Shown here: in pieces, positions 37,059-46,778 of the stretch | Layout: each line of letters begins with the position of its first letter | How positions within the stretch are numbered: the first letter of the stretch is position 1 | Assembly (NCBI GenBank): GCA_949741915.1 | Contig: CATJOM010000054.1 | Coordinates: 50,100-114,099 of the forward strand | Source: an uncultured Candidatus Melainabacteria bacterium | GTDB lineage: Bacteria > Cyanobacteriota > Vampirovibrionia > Gastranaerophilales > Gastranaerophilaceae | Direction of reading: 5' to 3' | Length of the DNA stretch: 64,000 bases | Notes under the pieces: generated by a model | What the model was told of the DNA's origin: nothing | Seen by the model: the letters and a program-made list of their open reading frames with translations, nothing else | The model's database searches: none | Translations under genes and position numbers: made by a program

Positions 37059-37802
37059 TTATTTTTCAACAAAGTTTTTAAACCTTTCAAAATCCTGCAG
37101 GGTGTCTATCCCTACAGGATTTAAATTTGTAATTATAACTTTGATGCTCATTCCATTATAGAGTGCTCTTAACTGCTCCAAGGATTCTGCCTGCTCTATA
37201 TTTGCCATATCTAAAGCTGTCATCTTTAGGAGACTGCTTCGTTTGTATGCATACATCCCTATGTGTCCATAATATTCGGCACTCTCCTTGTTTCTTGGGT
37301 ATGGAATAGCCCATCTTGAAAAATATAGCGCCATATTATTTTTGTTAAAAACGCATTTTACACAGTTTGGATTTTCAATTTCATCATTGTCAGTAATCTT
37401 TCTAACGAGTGTAGAAATATCAGCAGTTGAATTATGTAGTGTTTCAATTAATGAATCAATGACATCGGGACTAATCTGTGGCTCATCTCCCTGTAAATTG
37501 AGAATATATTCGAACTCTGGATGTCTTTTAGCCACTTCTGCTATTCTATCAGAGCCAGATTTGTGCTCTTCTGATGTCATCTCTGCTTTACCATTAAAAC
37601 CCTCCACTGTATTGAAAATTTCTTTGCTATCACAAGCAACAATGACATCTGATGCCATCCTTACCTTTTTTGCGGCTTCATATACCCATTGTATGATAGG
37701 TTTATTTTTAGCTTCCAAAAGCAGCTTGTTGGGTAATCTTGAGGACTTTAACCTCGCTGGGATAATAATTGCAGTTTTTTTTATTTTTTCCATATTTATC
37801 AT
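37059..37802 (-). CDS. kdsB: 3-deoxy-manno-octulosonate cytidylyltransferase (CMP-KDO synthetase)
   Basis: 'AIIIPARLKSSRLPNKLL', 'NLQGDEP', and a size of about 245 aa. Confidence 0.85.
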   Translation of the reverse strand: MINMEKIKKTAIIIPARLKSSRLPNKLLLEAKNKPIIQWVYEAAKKVRMASDVIVACDSKEIFNTVEGFNGKAEMTSEEHKSGSDRIAEVAKRHPEFEYILNLQGDEPQISPDVIDSLIETLHNSTADISTLVRKITDNDEIENPNCVKCVFNKNNMALYFSRWAIPYPRNKESAEYYGHIGMYAYKRSSLLKMTALDMANIEQAESLEQLRALYNGMSIKVIITNLNPVGIDTLQDFERFKNFVEK

Positions 37803-37822
37803 TTTTGAATTCCATTCTAAAA

Positions 37823-39904
37823 TTAGTAATATTTTTCACCAAGCTTTATAACCTTATCCTGAGCTTTTTTTATCATTTTTTCATCTTTTGCATCCGCCCC
37901 AAGGAACCTTTCATATTCTTCTAATGCCTGTCTTTCTTTTCCTTGCTTTTCTAAAATTTCAGCCATATAAAAATGTGAAACATAGTAAGTTCTATCTAAA
38001 CTCAGAGTTTTTGTGAAGTTTTTATAAGCGTTATTTATGTCATTTAGATTATTGTATGTCAAGGCTTTGTAAAAATAAACTTCTGGATTATTTGGATAGA
38101 GTTTCTCGGCCCGGTTTAATTCGGCGATTGTACCCTTGTAGTTTCTTTTTTTGTATAAATTATAAGCTTTGTTTAAGCTACTGTCTGTGGCTTGCTGTTT
38201 TATATATGCAAGGAGTTTTCTCGCTTTCAAATTCTTTTTATCGAGCCCGACAGCTTTGTTTAAGTAGTTTTCTGCTGTTTTTTTATTATTTAAATCTAAG
38301 TATAAAAGTGCTGTGTTATAATATAGGTCCGAATTCAGTGGATCAAGTTTAATTGCCTGTGCTAAATTCTTTATAGCGGCGTTGTAATTTTTTAGAGCCT
38401 TATAACACAGTGCCAAGGATTCATATGTTCCTGCATCTTTTGGCTGTATTTGGTTATAAATTTTTATAGCTTGTGAGTATTCTTTATTCGACATGTAAGA
38501 AAGTGCTAGGGAATTTTTCTGTGAAATTGAGTTTTTATTTATATGCTGATACATATTTTTGATTTCTGTATTTTTTGGCAAATTTCTATATGCTTGTCTT
38601 GCAATTTCGTATGCTTTTGAGGTTTGTCCTTCAAGCTCATAAATTTTGTATAATTGAATATATGCATTTGGCGCCTTTGGAGCGGTGGCAATGGATTTTC
38701 TGTATACGTTAATAGCATCATTTACCATATTTTTTTGATAGAGTATGCTGGCTAAATTATTATAAAACTCGGCACTTGGAATAAACTTTTTATTTAAAGG
38801 GTAAAAACTTTTAACAATATCAGTAGTGGTTTTACTGCCCGAAAGAATTTTGTATAATCCATATTGAGCTTGTTTTGAGTCAGGATAAATGGCCAAAACC
38901 ACTTGATAATCCTTAATCGCAGCATCTTTTTTGCCGATAGCCTTTAAGCTTTTGGCCCTAGCTATTCTTATTTGCGATTCGTATGGATTAGCTGAAATAA
39001 TTGAGTCATAAATACTAATAGCATTTTTATACTCTGTCATATCAAATAAAAGGTTTGCAAGATAATATTGCAGAAAAATATCATCTGGTTTTATGGCCAT
39101 AGCTTTTTTAAATAATTCATAAGTTTTCTCATAATTTTTTAATTTTTGATATGCTAATCCTAAAATTTCATATACTGTCTCATCGCTGTTGCCATATTTT
39201 ATATCATCCTCATAAAGTTTGATGATATCCTCCAAAATTTCTTTATCATCAGTCAAACTTATTGCTGTTTCGAATGAGTCCTTTGCGCCATCATTTTGTT
39301 GTAAAATTTTATAAATTTTTCCAAGCTTATAGTGAATACAGTAGTTATCAGGTGTGATTTCAATTGCTTTTTTGTAGAAAATAATTGCAGAATTAGGATT
39401 GTTAAATTTTTGTGAAATATCCCCAAGGTATTCGTAACATATTTCTTTAGAATAATCTTCATTTGCAAGCTCAAAAAATTCAAATGCACTCGCAAAATAT
39501 TTTTCTTCTAGAAAAAGATTTTTAGCTATTTCAAGACGGTTGTTTTGTATATTTTTAAAGCCAAGTTTTGCATATGTTTTATCAAGATTATTTTTATATT
39601 TAATATATTCATTAGAAGTTTTATCTTTTCTGAAAAAATAAAGCATGCTTCTATAGTCGTCTGCCTGCGATTCAAAGTCTCTTTTGATTCCATGCATTAA
39701 CGCTCTTCTTTTTAGGATTGCAATATATTTTTTTATAGTTTCGTCGTTAGGAGATTGTACTACATTATTAGCGGCTTGCATTTCTTTTTTTGAATCTTCG
39801 CATTTTGCAAAAGCTGCTGTATTGATTAATTCCGCCGTGCAAATATTAAAATATATAACAAAGGCAATACTGCAAAGGATTTTTTTTATATATACTAATT
39901 TCAT
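37823..39904 (-). CDS. Secreted tetratricopeptide (TPR) repeat protein
   Basis: Hydrophobic N-terminal signal-like segment. About 15 or more TPR-like 34-aa repeats ('A...Y..AL...P....A.Y.LG..Y'). Confidence 0.8.
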   Translation of the reverse strand: MKLVYIKKILCSIAFVIYFNICTAELINTAAFAKCEDSKKEMQAANNVVQSPNDETIKKYIAILKRRALMHGIKRDFESQADDYRSMLYFFRKDKTSNEYIKYKNNLDKTYAKLGFKNIQNNRLEIAKNLFLEEKYFASAFEFFELANEDYSKEICYEYLGDISQKFNNPNSAIIFYKKAIEITPDNYCIHYKLGKIYKILQQNDGAKDSFETAISLTDDKEILEDIIKLYEDDIKYGNSDETVYEILGLAYQKLKNYEKTYELFKKAMAIKPDDIFLQYYLANLLFDMTEYKNAISIYDSIISANPYESQIRIARAKSLKAIGKKDAAIKDYQVVLAIYPDSKQAQYGLYKILSGSKTTTDIVKSFYPLNKKFIPSAEFYNNLASILYQKNMVNDAINVYRKSIATAPKAPNAYIQLYKIYELEGQTSKAYEIARQAYRNLPKNTEIKNMYQHINKNSISQKNSLALSYMSNKEYSQAIKIYNQIQPKDAGTYESLALCYKALKNYNAAIKNLAQAIKLDPLNSDLYYNTALLYLDLNNKKTAENYLNKAVGLDKKNLKARKLLAYIKQQATDSSLNKAYNLYKKRNYKGTIAELNRAEKLYPNNPEVYFYKALTYNNLNDINNAYKNFTKTLSLDRTYYVSHFYMAEILEKQGKERQALEEYERFLGADAKDEKMIKKAQDKVIKLGEKYY

Positions 39905-39986
39905 TTAATTCCCCATATTTGTAATTTAATTTAATATTATACAAAATTTTAAATTTATACAACCTTATTTAGAGTTAATGCATTAA

Positions 39987-40020
39987 AAAACACTCATTCT
40001 TATATAAGAATGAGTGTTTT
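39987..40020 (-). terminator. Intrinsic terminator downstream of tpsA
   Basis: Perfect 16-bp inverted repeat AAAACACTCATTCTTA/TAAGAATGAGTGTTTT. A U-run follows on the minus-strand transcript (A6 at 39985..39990). Confidence 0.75.
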
Positions 40021-40040
40021 CGATTTTACTAATTGAAGAT

Positions 40041-43000
40041 TTAGAACTTATCTTCGCTGTCGTTTTCTTCTTCGTCAAGTGTTAATCTTGCAGCTGCCAT
40101 AATTACGTTTGCTGTTGGGTCTGTTATTTCGTTTAGTACAGGAGCTACAGCGCTAACACCTTCTTCGTGTCTTGGTAATCTTACAACTGTTGATTCGGTT
40201 AAACCTAATGTTGTATTGTTATCAACTCCAGGATCGATAGGATTTATATCAGGCACATCGCAGTTAGCTTTTCTGTTGTAAACAAGAAGTATGCTTCCGC
40301 CATCTTCTGCGCCTATCTGGTGTCTTTGTCCGTATCCGTCAACCTCATCGTAGTGGTTTTTGTAGAATGAAGGAATGCTGTCAACGTTTTCTACGTCTTC
40401 ATCCATATTCCAGCCTCCAACTTTTCTTACTTCGATGTAAGCTGTGCCTTGACCTGCCATTGCGCCTCCGCTTGGTCCAATGTTGTCAGTGGCAGTATTT
40501 GGCCTGTTGTCAGTTGCTGCGATTAACTTTGTATTTTGTCCGTCAACAATTTCAAGTGTGTCAGCTTTTACTTTAGCGATTGCTATTTGTTTGTCTTTTG
40601 CATTCAATTTAACATTCTTGCCTGCTAAGTTATCATTATTAGCCTGTTGATTTTTGTCTCCAGTACCACTAGTGTTAACATCAGAGTTGATTTCAAGGCC
40701 TGCGTTTTTGTTGCCCACGCCTGAGAATGTAATATCAATATCTTTGTCAGCGTTTACAATTAATTTTTTATTGTTTGCTTTTATTTCGCCATTTCCGGTT
40801 GTTTTAACGTTTTTACCCTTGATTGTTGTTTTATTTGTTTTGTTACCAAGGGTGATTTCGTCAGACATTATCACATTACCATTCTTTGCTGTTAAGTTGT
40901 TTTCTTTGGAATTTAAATCAACCTTTTTAAGGTTCAAATCACCTGTTCTCTTGCTTAACTCGATTTTATTGTCTGCATCAAGAGCTATTTTATTGCCAGC
41001 AATAAATCTGTCTAAAGAAGAGCCTGTAATGTTTTCACCAGTGCCATTAACTGTGAGATTGATATTGTTTGCTGCTTTAACGGTTCCTGAGTAATGACTA
41101 TCAAGAGCTGCACTTAGTTTTTGTGTAATATTAACATCTGCTCCTGTTGATTCAACTTCGGTGCCGATATCTTTAATTGATACCTTGCCGGTTTTTGATG
41201 TAAGATTATTATTTAAACCTGCCTTAATGTTTGAGCCTTTTGTAATGGCTATATCTTTTTCTGCGGTAATGTTGGATTCCTTTGCAGCGATAACTTTTGT
41301 ATTGTTGAGAATTGATACACTGCCTTTTTGTGATTTGATTGTGTTATTGCCAACCTGAGCATTTATTGTTGTGTCGTATATATTGATATCGCCGTTTACT
41401 GCATCTATTGTATTGTCGCCCTCTGTGGCAATTAGCTTGCTTTGGTCCATAATGTCGATACTGCCATTATTTGAAGTTAAGGTATTCTTTTTAGAGTTGA
41501 ATTCTGTTTTAAGAATTGTTATACCATTGCTGCCACCGATATTATTTCCTGTTGTTGCAAAATCAATGTTACCATTATTTGCTGTCAGGAAGGAATTGCT
41601 TGCGATTGCCTTATCATTGCCTTTGAATGATATGTTGCCATTTTTTGATGCCAAGGTTGAGTTTATGATTGTTGCATCAGTAGCTGCATCTACTGTAATG
41701 TTGCCATTAGCCTTGATATTTGAATTATTTCTAATAGTAACAATATCATTTATTGATTTTAATATAATATTGCCATCCTGATCTTGTGCAGCTGTGTTGC
41801 CATAGCTAAGCTTTTTGAGTTCATTGTTATCAATGATTAATTTACCTGTTGTTTCAAGAACTAAATCAGTTGAATCTTTATCAAAGAATGTTGTTCCATC
41901 CTTGATTAATACATTGTTAAGATTGTTATTATCTTGTGTATTCTTGTTGTAGAAATTCAACTCATTGTATTGAAGAAGGCTGTCTTTGATTGTTGTGTTT
42001 AAACCTAGAAGATTTAAGGTTTTGTCGCCATCATATGCAGCATTTATTTTTGCATTTGTAATTTCTATTTTACCAACAGGATATCCTGCAATATCAGTGT
42101 CTGCAACATTTGAATTTTTATCAACGCTACCTGCAATGATATCTACCTTGGAGCCCTGAACTGTTACTCCATCAATGTAAACATTTCTTCCTTCAATGTT
42201 TACGTCTTTAAGACCATCAACCCAGTTTTTGCCTGTAGTGTCTTCAATGACTACATCTGTTGCACCTGCTTTAATATTCAAGTTGCCACCTGCTGCAACA
42301 TCTAATCTACCTGAAGTTACATTTGGGTTGCTGTCTTTATCTACCTGAATCAAAACCCCGTTTCCGGCATTAAGATTGATGTTGCCAACAGGTGTTTTTC
42401 CTGCAATATTGTTAATTCTTGAGTTTAGGGTTGCAATTCTTGAATTTTTGGAAATAATATTTCCGCCTGCTTCAATGTCAATATCACCATATTTTAGATT
42501 TTTTGTGTTTTCTAGATCGTCAATACTTGCATGTAATGTTTCTAAGCGTGAGTCTTCAATATTAACATCACCCAAACTTTTAATTGCAATTTGTCCAGAA
42601 ACATTATCTTTTATTTTATTTGCAATAACTTTTGAGTTTTTGATTGTTACATTGGCATCGGTTGCGTTTTTAATTTGCGCTGTACCTGTCCAAATTGTAG
42701 AGTCTGCAATTGAGATGCCGTGGTCATTTTTGTTAACACCTCTTTTTTCAAAAGTTTCTACAGCTTGGCTGTCGCCGTAAGAATCATATTTAAAATTAAC
42801 ACCATCGGCAGTAATTAATTTTACGCTTGATCTGGATATGCCAGGGTAATACTTGTAGTTACCATTGTTATCATATGTGCCGTCAGCATTTTGTTTTGGT
42901 ACATATGTTTGAATGGTAGTATCTTTGATATCAATTTTATCAGCAATTAGATTAACACCTATTGCATTTGTAGTTGGATGACCATCTTTGTCATACCCTG

Positions 43001-43709
43001 TGTTAAAACTTGCGCCATCAGCCTTGATAACGCCAATTACTCCATCACCGAAGCCATTAATACTTGAAGCTGGTTCATATGCAATGATGTTGCCATATTT
43101 GTATTTTGCTGTTAATTGGTCAGAACCATTAAATTTATAATTTTTAGTGTTGCCATTTACTACGGTTGGAGTTAAAACGCCATCAAGATAGCCGCCGCCA
43201 TCTCTTATTATATCCTGAATATTTCTTATACCATTGATATCTTTGGTTGAAGCAGTGAATGAGTTTAAGTTAATATTTGAACCGCCGCCAAATAAGATAC
43301 CATTGGGGTTAATTAATATAACGTTTCCTGATCTCTCATTTCCGCAAGAGCCGTTAGCACAGCTGCTTGTTAATTTACCATAAATTTGAGACATGCCACC
43401 AGAATTCAATACTCTGTTAATTGCTGTCTGGTTTGCATTATGGAAAATCCAGTCTACTGTAATATTGGAACCAACGTTAAAACTGTTCCAGTCAAACTGT
43501 GCAACTCCGCCTTTGCCAGCTTCAACGTTAACGTCGAATTTATTGCCATTGCCAGGGTTTAGACCAACATAACCTCCATTGATTGAAGAATTCAAATCAG
43601 GTGTTGTGTTTGCATCTAATGCCATTGTTGGGAGCATTGAAATTGGCATGTAGGCAAGAAAGCTGAATAAAACGAATAGAGCTTTAATTTTTTTGTTTAA
43701 AGATTTCAT
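40041..43709 (-). CDS. Two-partner secretion exoprotein (TpsA, filamentous-hemagglutinin-like beta-helix)
   Basis: Signal peptide, then a TPS (haemagg_act) domain: 'FDWNSFNVGSN...INRVLNSGGMSQIYGKL...VILINPNGILFGGGSNINLNSFTAST'. A long N/G/T/I-rich beta-helical repeat region follows, then a non-repetitive last segment of about 160 aa. Confidence 0.85.
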   Translation of the reverse strand: MKSLNKKIKALFVLFSFLAYMPISMLPTMALDANTTPDLNSSINGGYVGLNPGNGNKFDVNVEAGKGGVAQFDWNSFNVGSNITVDWIFHNANQTAINRVLNSGGMSQIYGKLTSSCANGSCGNERSGNVILINPNGILFGGGSNINLNSFTASTKDINGIRNIQDIIRDGGGYLDGVLTPTVVNGNTKNYKFNGSDQLTAKYKYGNIIAYEPASSINGFGDGVIGVIKADGASFNTGYDKDGHPTTNAIGVNLIADKIDIKDTTIQTYVPKQNADGTYDNNGNYKYYPGISRSSVKLITADGVNFKYDSYGDSQAVETFEKRGVNKNDHGISIADSTIWTGTAQIKNATDANVTIKNSKVIANKIKDNVSGQIAIKSLGDVNIEDSRLETLHASIDDLENTKNLKYGDIDIEAGGNIISKNSRIATLNSRINNIAGKTPVGNINLNAGNGVLIQVDKDSNPNVTSGRLDVAAGGNLNIKAGATDVVIEDTTGKNWVDGLKDVNIEGRNVYIDGVTVQGSKVDIIAGSVDKNSNVADTDIAGYPVGKIEITNAKINAAYDGDKTLNLLGLNTTIKDSLLQYNELNFYNKNTQDNNNLNNVLIKDGTTFFDKDSTDLVLETTGKLIIDNNELKKLSYGNTAAQDQDGNIILKSINDIVTIRNNSNIKANGNITVDAATDATIINSTLASKNGNISFKGNDKAIASNSFLTANNGNIDFATTGNNIGGSNGITILKTEFNSKKNTLTSNNGSIDIMDQSKLIATEGDNTIDAVNGDINIYDTTINAQVGNNTIKSQKGSVSILNNTKVIAAKESNITAEKDIAITKGSNIKAGLNNNLTSKTGKVSIKDIGTEVESTGADVNITQKLSAALDSHYSGTVKAANNINLTVNGTGENITGSSLDRFIAGNKIALDADNKIELSKRTGDLNLKKVDLNSKENNLTAKNGNVIMSDEITLGNKTNKTTIKGKNVKTTGNGEIKANNKKLIVNADKDIDITFSGVGNKNAGLEINSDVNTSGTGDKNQQANNDNLAGKNVKLNAKDKQIAIAKVKADTLEIVDGQNTKLIAATDNRPNTATDNIGPSGGAMAGQGTAYIEVRKVGGWNMDEDVENVDSIPSFYKNHYDEVDGYGQRHQIGAEDGGSILLVYNRKANCDVPDINPIDPGVDNNTTLGLTESTVVRLPRHEEGVSAVAPVLNEITDPTANVIMAAARLTLDEEENDSEDKF

Positions 43710-44151
43710 TTGTTTGCCTTTCCTTTATTAGATTATTCACTACTTTTTAATTAATAGATTTTTTCTTTCAAAATAAAATAAGTTGTTAATTTGCTCATTA
43801 AATAGTTATAGTTATGTCTTTGTATATTATAATAAAAACTCCTGAATATAAAAAATTGCGCTTTGTAAAAAAATCTTTGCAATTTGTAACATTATAGTAA
43901 TTAATTCTAAATACCTTCGCAATACTGTTATCGGTATATTTTTAAAAAACATTAGTAATTTTAGAAAAATTTACAAAACTTAATATTTTTTGCTTTTTTG
44001 GCATGTTGATTTTTTCAGTTGTTTTAAATATTGTATAGATAAATAGATTTTATAAAAATAAAAGATAAAAATCATTAATATAGTTTATTGCCGTCTTATA
44101 TGTATTGCATTATTATAAATAAGAGTAGTGCTTGATAAAAATGTATTTTTT

Positions 44152-45948
44152 ATGAAAAGGACAAGTAAAAAAGTGAAAAATAATTTCTCTAGATTATCTC
44201 TTCCCTTGCTGGCTCTCTGTCTTACGGTTTCAACAGGTGCCTGCTTTGCGGCAGCAGATACTTCTTTAAGATCCCCTATAGGAAACTTCGACTCTGGTAT
44301 TATTGACCAGTCAAATCTCAGGCAGTTTAAGGAATATGAAATAAAAGCCAGAGAGGAAAGAAACGAAGAACATAGGGGTGATGAGCAGATTGAAATGAAA
44401 AAGGAGCTTCAACAAGAAGTTGATAGGCTTCCTAATAAAGAAGTGACCTTTAAATTAAATTCAATCAAGTTTGATGGCTATACAGCCTTTACTGAAGAAG
44501 AACTTATGAATTTAATCTGCGAAAAAATTGGGCAGCAGGTAACCGTTGCCGATGTTGTTGGTATGGCCAATATGGTTACCGATTATTATCAGCAAAGGGG
44601 ATATATTTCTACAATTGCATATCTCCCTCCGCAAAAAGTGCAAGACGGCAATATCCGCATAATGATTATGGAAGGCAAATATGGTGACATCAAAGTAACT
44701 GGCAATAAATGGGAACGTGACAGTTACTTGAAAAATGCTTATTTGACCGATAAATATATTGAAGAAGGAAAACTTCTCAATGTCCGTGATATTCAGGAAT
44801 CACTAAGAGAAATCAACGCGACTGGTTATATGAAAGGACAGGTTGCGCTCACTGATAATGAAGAAAGCGCTGAATTTACAAATTTAGAGTTAAATATTGC
44901 TGATAGATTCCCTCTTGACTTTGATTTTAGGTGGGATGATATGGGTACATCCAGTACTGGTTTAAATAGGGCTATATTTTTTGCTGGTATGTATAATTTA
45001 ACTGGACACGGCGATCAGCTGTATTCTACAACCACACTGTCAAGACGTTCTATAGGACAAGGTGTGTTTTACAGCATTCCATTGACTAAAACAAAAGAAA
45101 CAAAATTAAACTTGGGTTATTCATATTCGGGTGCCGAAGTTGGCGGCGATATGGAATTTATGGGAATTGAATCAAAATCCCACAACTTCTTTGGTTCTGT
45201 TTCAAGGAGATTGGTTAAAACTGATAACTATAAATTATATGGTGATATTGGTTTGGATATAAGAAATACTAGTACATCATTTGATTTGCTTCCAATTTTA
45301 GACTATAAATACAGGTCAAGAACTGCAAAGCTAAACTTAACAAATATTAAAGATGACTTTTATGGTAAGACTTTCTTTAATATTGGTACTGGTGTAGGTA
45401 TTCCTTTATGGAATGAAACAGATCATATGTTTGGCGCAAGCAGCCATGACAAGTCTGTACCAAACAACAATGCGGTGAAAGTTTTCGCTAACGCAGCTAG
45501 ATTGCAGGCTTTGCCCTTTAGATCGACAGCTATTTTGCAAACTGGTGGACAATGGGCAAATAGGGCACTACTTCCATCAGAAAAAATGTCTATTGGTGGT
45601 ATGACATCTGTTAGGGGTTACGAAGAAAGCTCATTTATTTCTGACTACGGCGTAACGGCTTCTGCAGAAGTAAGATTCCCTGTCCCATTCCTTAGAATGA
45701 TGCTTCCAGAAAAGCTTCACTTTATCGATGATAGTATCAGGCTTGCAGCTTTTTATGATGCAGGATGGTTTGGTGATGTTAAATCATCTGATGGCTCAGA
45801 TTATATTATGAGTACAGGTGGCGGTGTTATCTTAAAGTTGACAAAATATCTGTCAGGTAATATTTATATTGGTGTTCCTGTTGGTGACAAGCCTGAGAAT
45901 GCTTCAGGATGCAGAGTTCATTTTATCTTGTCATCAAATATTCTGTAA
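44152..45948 (+). CDS. ShlB/FhaC/HecB-family outer-membrane transporter (TpsB)
   Basis: Signal peptide 'LSLPLLALCLTVSTGACFA'. POTRA region 'IKFDGYTAFTEEEL...YYQQRGYISTIAYLPPQKVQDGNIRIMIMEGKYGDIKVTGN'. C-terminal beta-barrel. Divergent from tpsA. The ATG at 44152 is preferred over the GTG at 44128, with uncertainty. Confidence 0.8.
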   Translation: MKRTSKKVKNNFSRLSLPLLALCLTVSTGACFAAADTSLRSPIGNFDSGIIDQSNLRQFKEYEIKAREERNEEHRGDEQIEMKKELQQEVDRLPNKEVTFKLNSIKFDGYTAFTEEELMNLICEKIGQQVTVADVVGMANMVTDYYQQRGYISTIAYLPPQKVQDGNIRIMIMEGKYGDIKVTGNKWERDSYLKNAYLTDKYIEEGKLLNVRDIQESLREINATGYMKGQVALTDNEESAEFTNLELNIADRFPLDFDFRWDDMGTSSTGLNRAIFFAGMYNLTGHGDQLYSTTTLSRRSIGQGVFYSIPLTKTKETKLNLGYSYSGAEVGGDMEFMGIESKSHNFFGSVSRRLVKTDNYKLYGDIGLDIRNTSTSFDLLPILDYKYRSRTAKLNLTNIKDDFYGKTFFNIGTGVGIPLWNETDHMFGASSHDKSVPNNNAVKVFANAARLQALPFRSTAILQTGGQWANRALLPSEKMSIGGMTSVRGYEESSFISDYGVTASAEVRFPVPFLRMMLPEKLHFIDDSIRLAAFYDAGWFGDVKSSDGSDYIMSTGGGVILKLTKYLSGNIYIGVPVGDKPENASGCRVHFILSSNIL

Positions 45949-45973
45949 TGGCTTAATGATATAAAACAAATTT

Positions 45974-45998
45974 AAAGCCCCTTTTGGAGGGGCTTTTT
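45974..45998 (+). terminator. Intrinsic terminator after tpsB
   Basis: Stem AAAGCCCCT/AGGGGCTTT (9 bp), 5-nt loop, T-run. Confidence 0.75.
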
Positions 45999-46039
45999 AA
46001 ATATGGTATTAAAAACAGCAAAATCAAATAATAAAAGAA

Positions 46040-46324
46040 TTAAATAGGCACAGTGTTTTCTAGCATAAACTTATACATTTGATATTCGTCGTCATCCTTT
46101 TTATCTTGAATTTCCTTGCTTTCTTCTGTTTTCTCTATTTTTTTATCAGCATCTTCTCTTATTTGGATAATTTTATCATCTTTTTTTTCTTTATTCAAAA
46201 GATTGAATTTTATGCCATCAAAAAGTCCATATTCGTATTCGGGTTTATAAGTTCCAAATGTCGATGCCATTGTAAGATTTTGTGTTAATAATATAAGTAT
46301 TAAAAATATAACAAATTTTTTCAT
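46040..46324 (-). CDS. Small secreted K/E/D-rich hypothetical protein
   Basis: Signal peptide 'MKKFVIFLILILLTQNLTMA'. 94 aa. Confidence 0.45.
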   Translation of the reverse strand: MKKFVIFLILILLTQNLTMASTFGTYKPEYEYGLFDGIKFNLLNKEKKDDKIIQIREDADKKIEKTEESKEIQDKKDDDEYQMYKFMLENTVPI

Positions 46325-46451
46325 AATTTAATATTATCATACTTTTTTTTCTTAATCTATTTGCATTTGAAGATTACAGTGCAAAATATATGTGCTAATC
46401 CTTTTAGTGATATTGTTTAAAATGATAATTTTGGGGTATTATTATTAAGTA

Positions 46452-46778
46452 ATGTCAAATTATTTAGATATGGATGACGAAGATAAAGATTTAAAAAAAA
46501 TTGGCTTGGAGCTTATGTTCCTAACACCGGAAAAATGCTCTAATGACGATGGAATTTCTGCTGTCGAGTTATCCAAACAATTAAAAATAGAGCTTGGCAC
46601 AGTAAAGAAAAAATTAAAAATTTTATACGAACATCAAATAGTGAGAGCAATTGGCATAAATCCTAAATATTGGAAGTTTGATGAATATAATTTTCAAAGA
46701 ATGAACGAAGATGACCCTGTATACAGGCTGTTATGTTCATTTGACGATGTAGATTTTGATAGATATTTCAGGTATTAA
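46452..46778 (+). CDS. Hypothetical winged-helix DNA-binding-like protein
   Basis: 'GISAVELSKQLKIELGTVKKKLKILYEHQIV' looks like an HTH/wHTH. Its stop overlaps the rlmD start. Confidence 0.4.
   Translation: MSNYLDMDDEDKDLKKIGLELMFLTPEKCSNDDGISAVELSKQLKIELGTVKKKLKILYEHQIVRAIGINPKYWKFDEYNFQRMNEDDPVYRLLCSFDDVDFDRYFRY

Noticed and set aside
37288-37851. 187-aa plus-strand ORF overlapping kdsB
   Set aside because: It is antisense to a full-length KdsB with clear motifs. Shadow ORF.
40041-40517. TpsA C-terminus as a contact-dependent-inhibition (CdiA-CT) toxin
   Set aside because: A 'VENV' tetrapeptide is present, but not the PT-VENN context I know. No small immunity-like ORF follows: a terminator, then a 693-aa TPR gene. 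CDI is not supported, although an effector domain remains possible.
40367-42780. Several 65 to 146-aa plus-strand ORFs inside tpsA
   Set aside because: They are antisense frames of a repetitive N/G/T-rich gene, which naturally stay open. No independent support.
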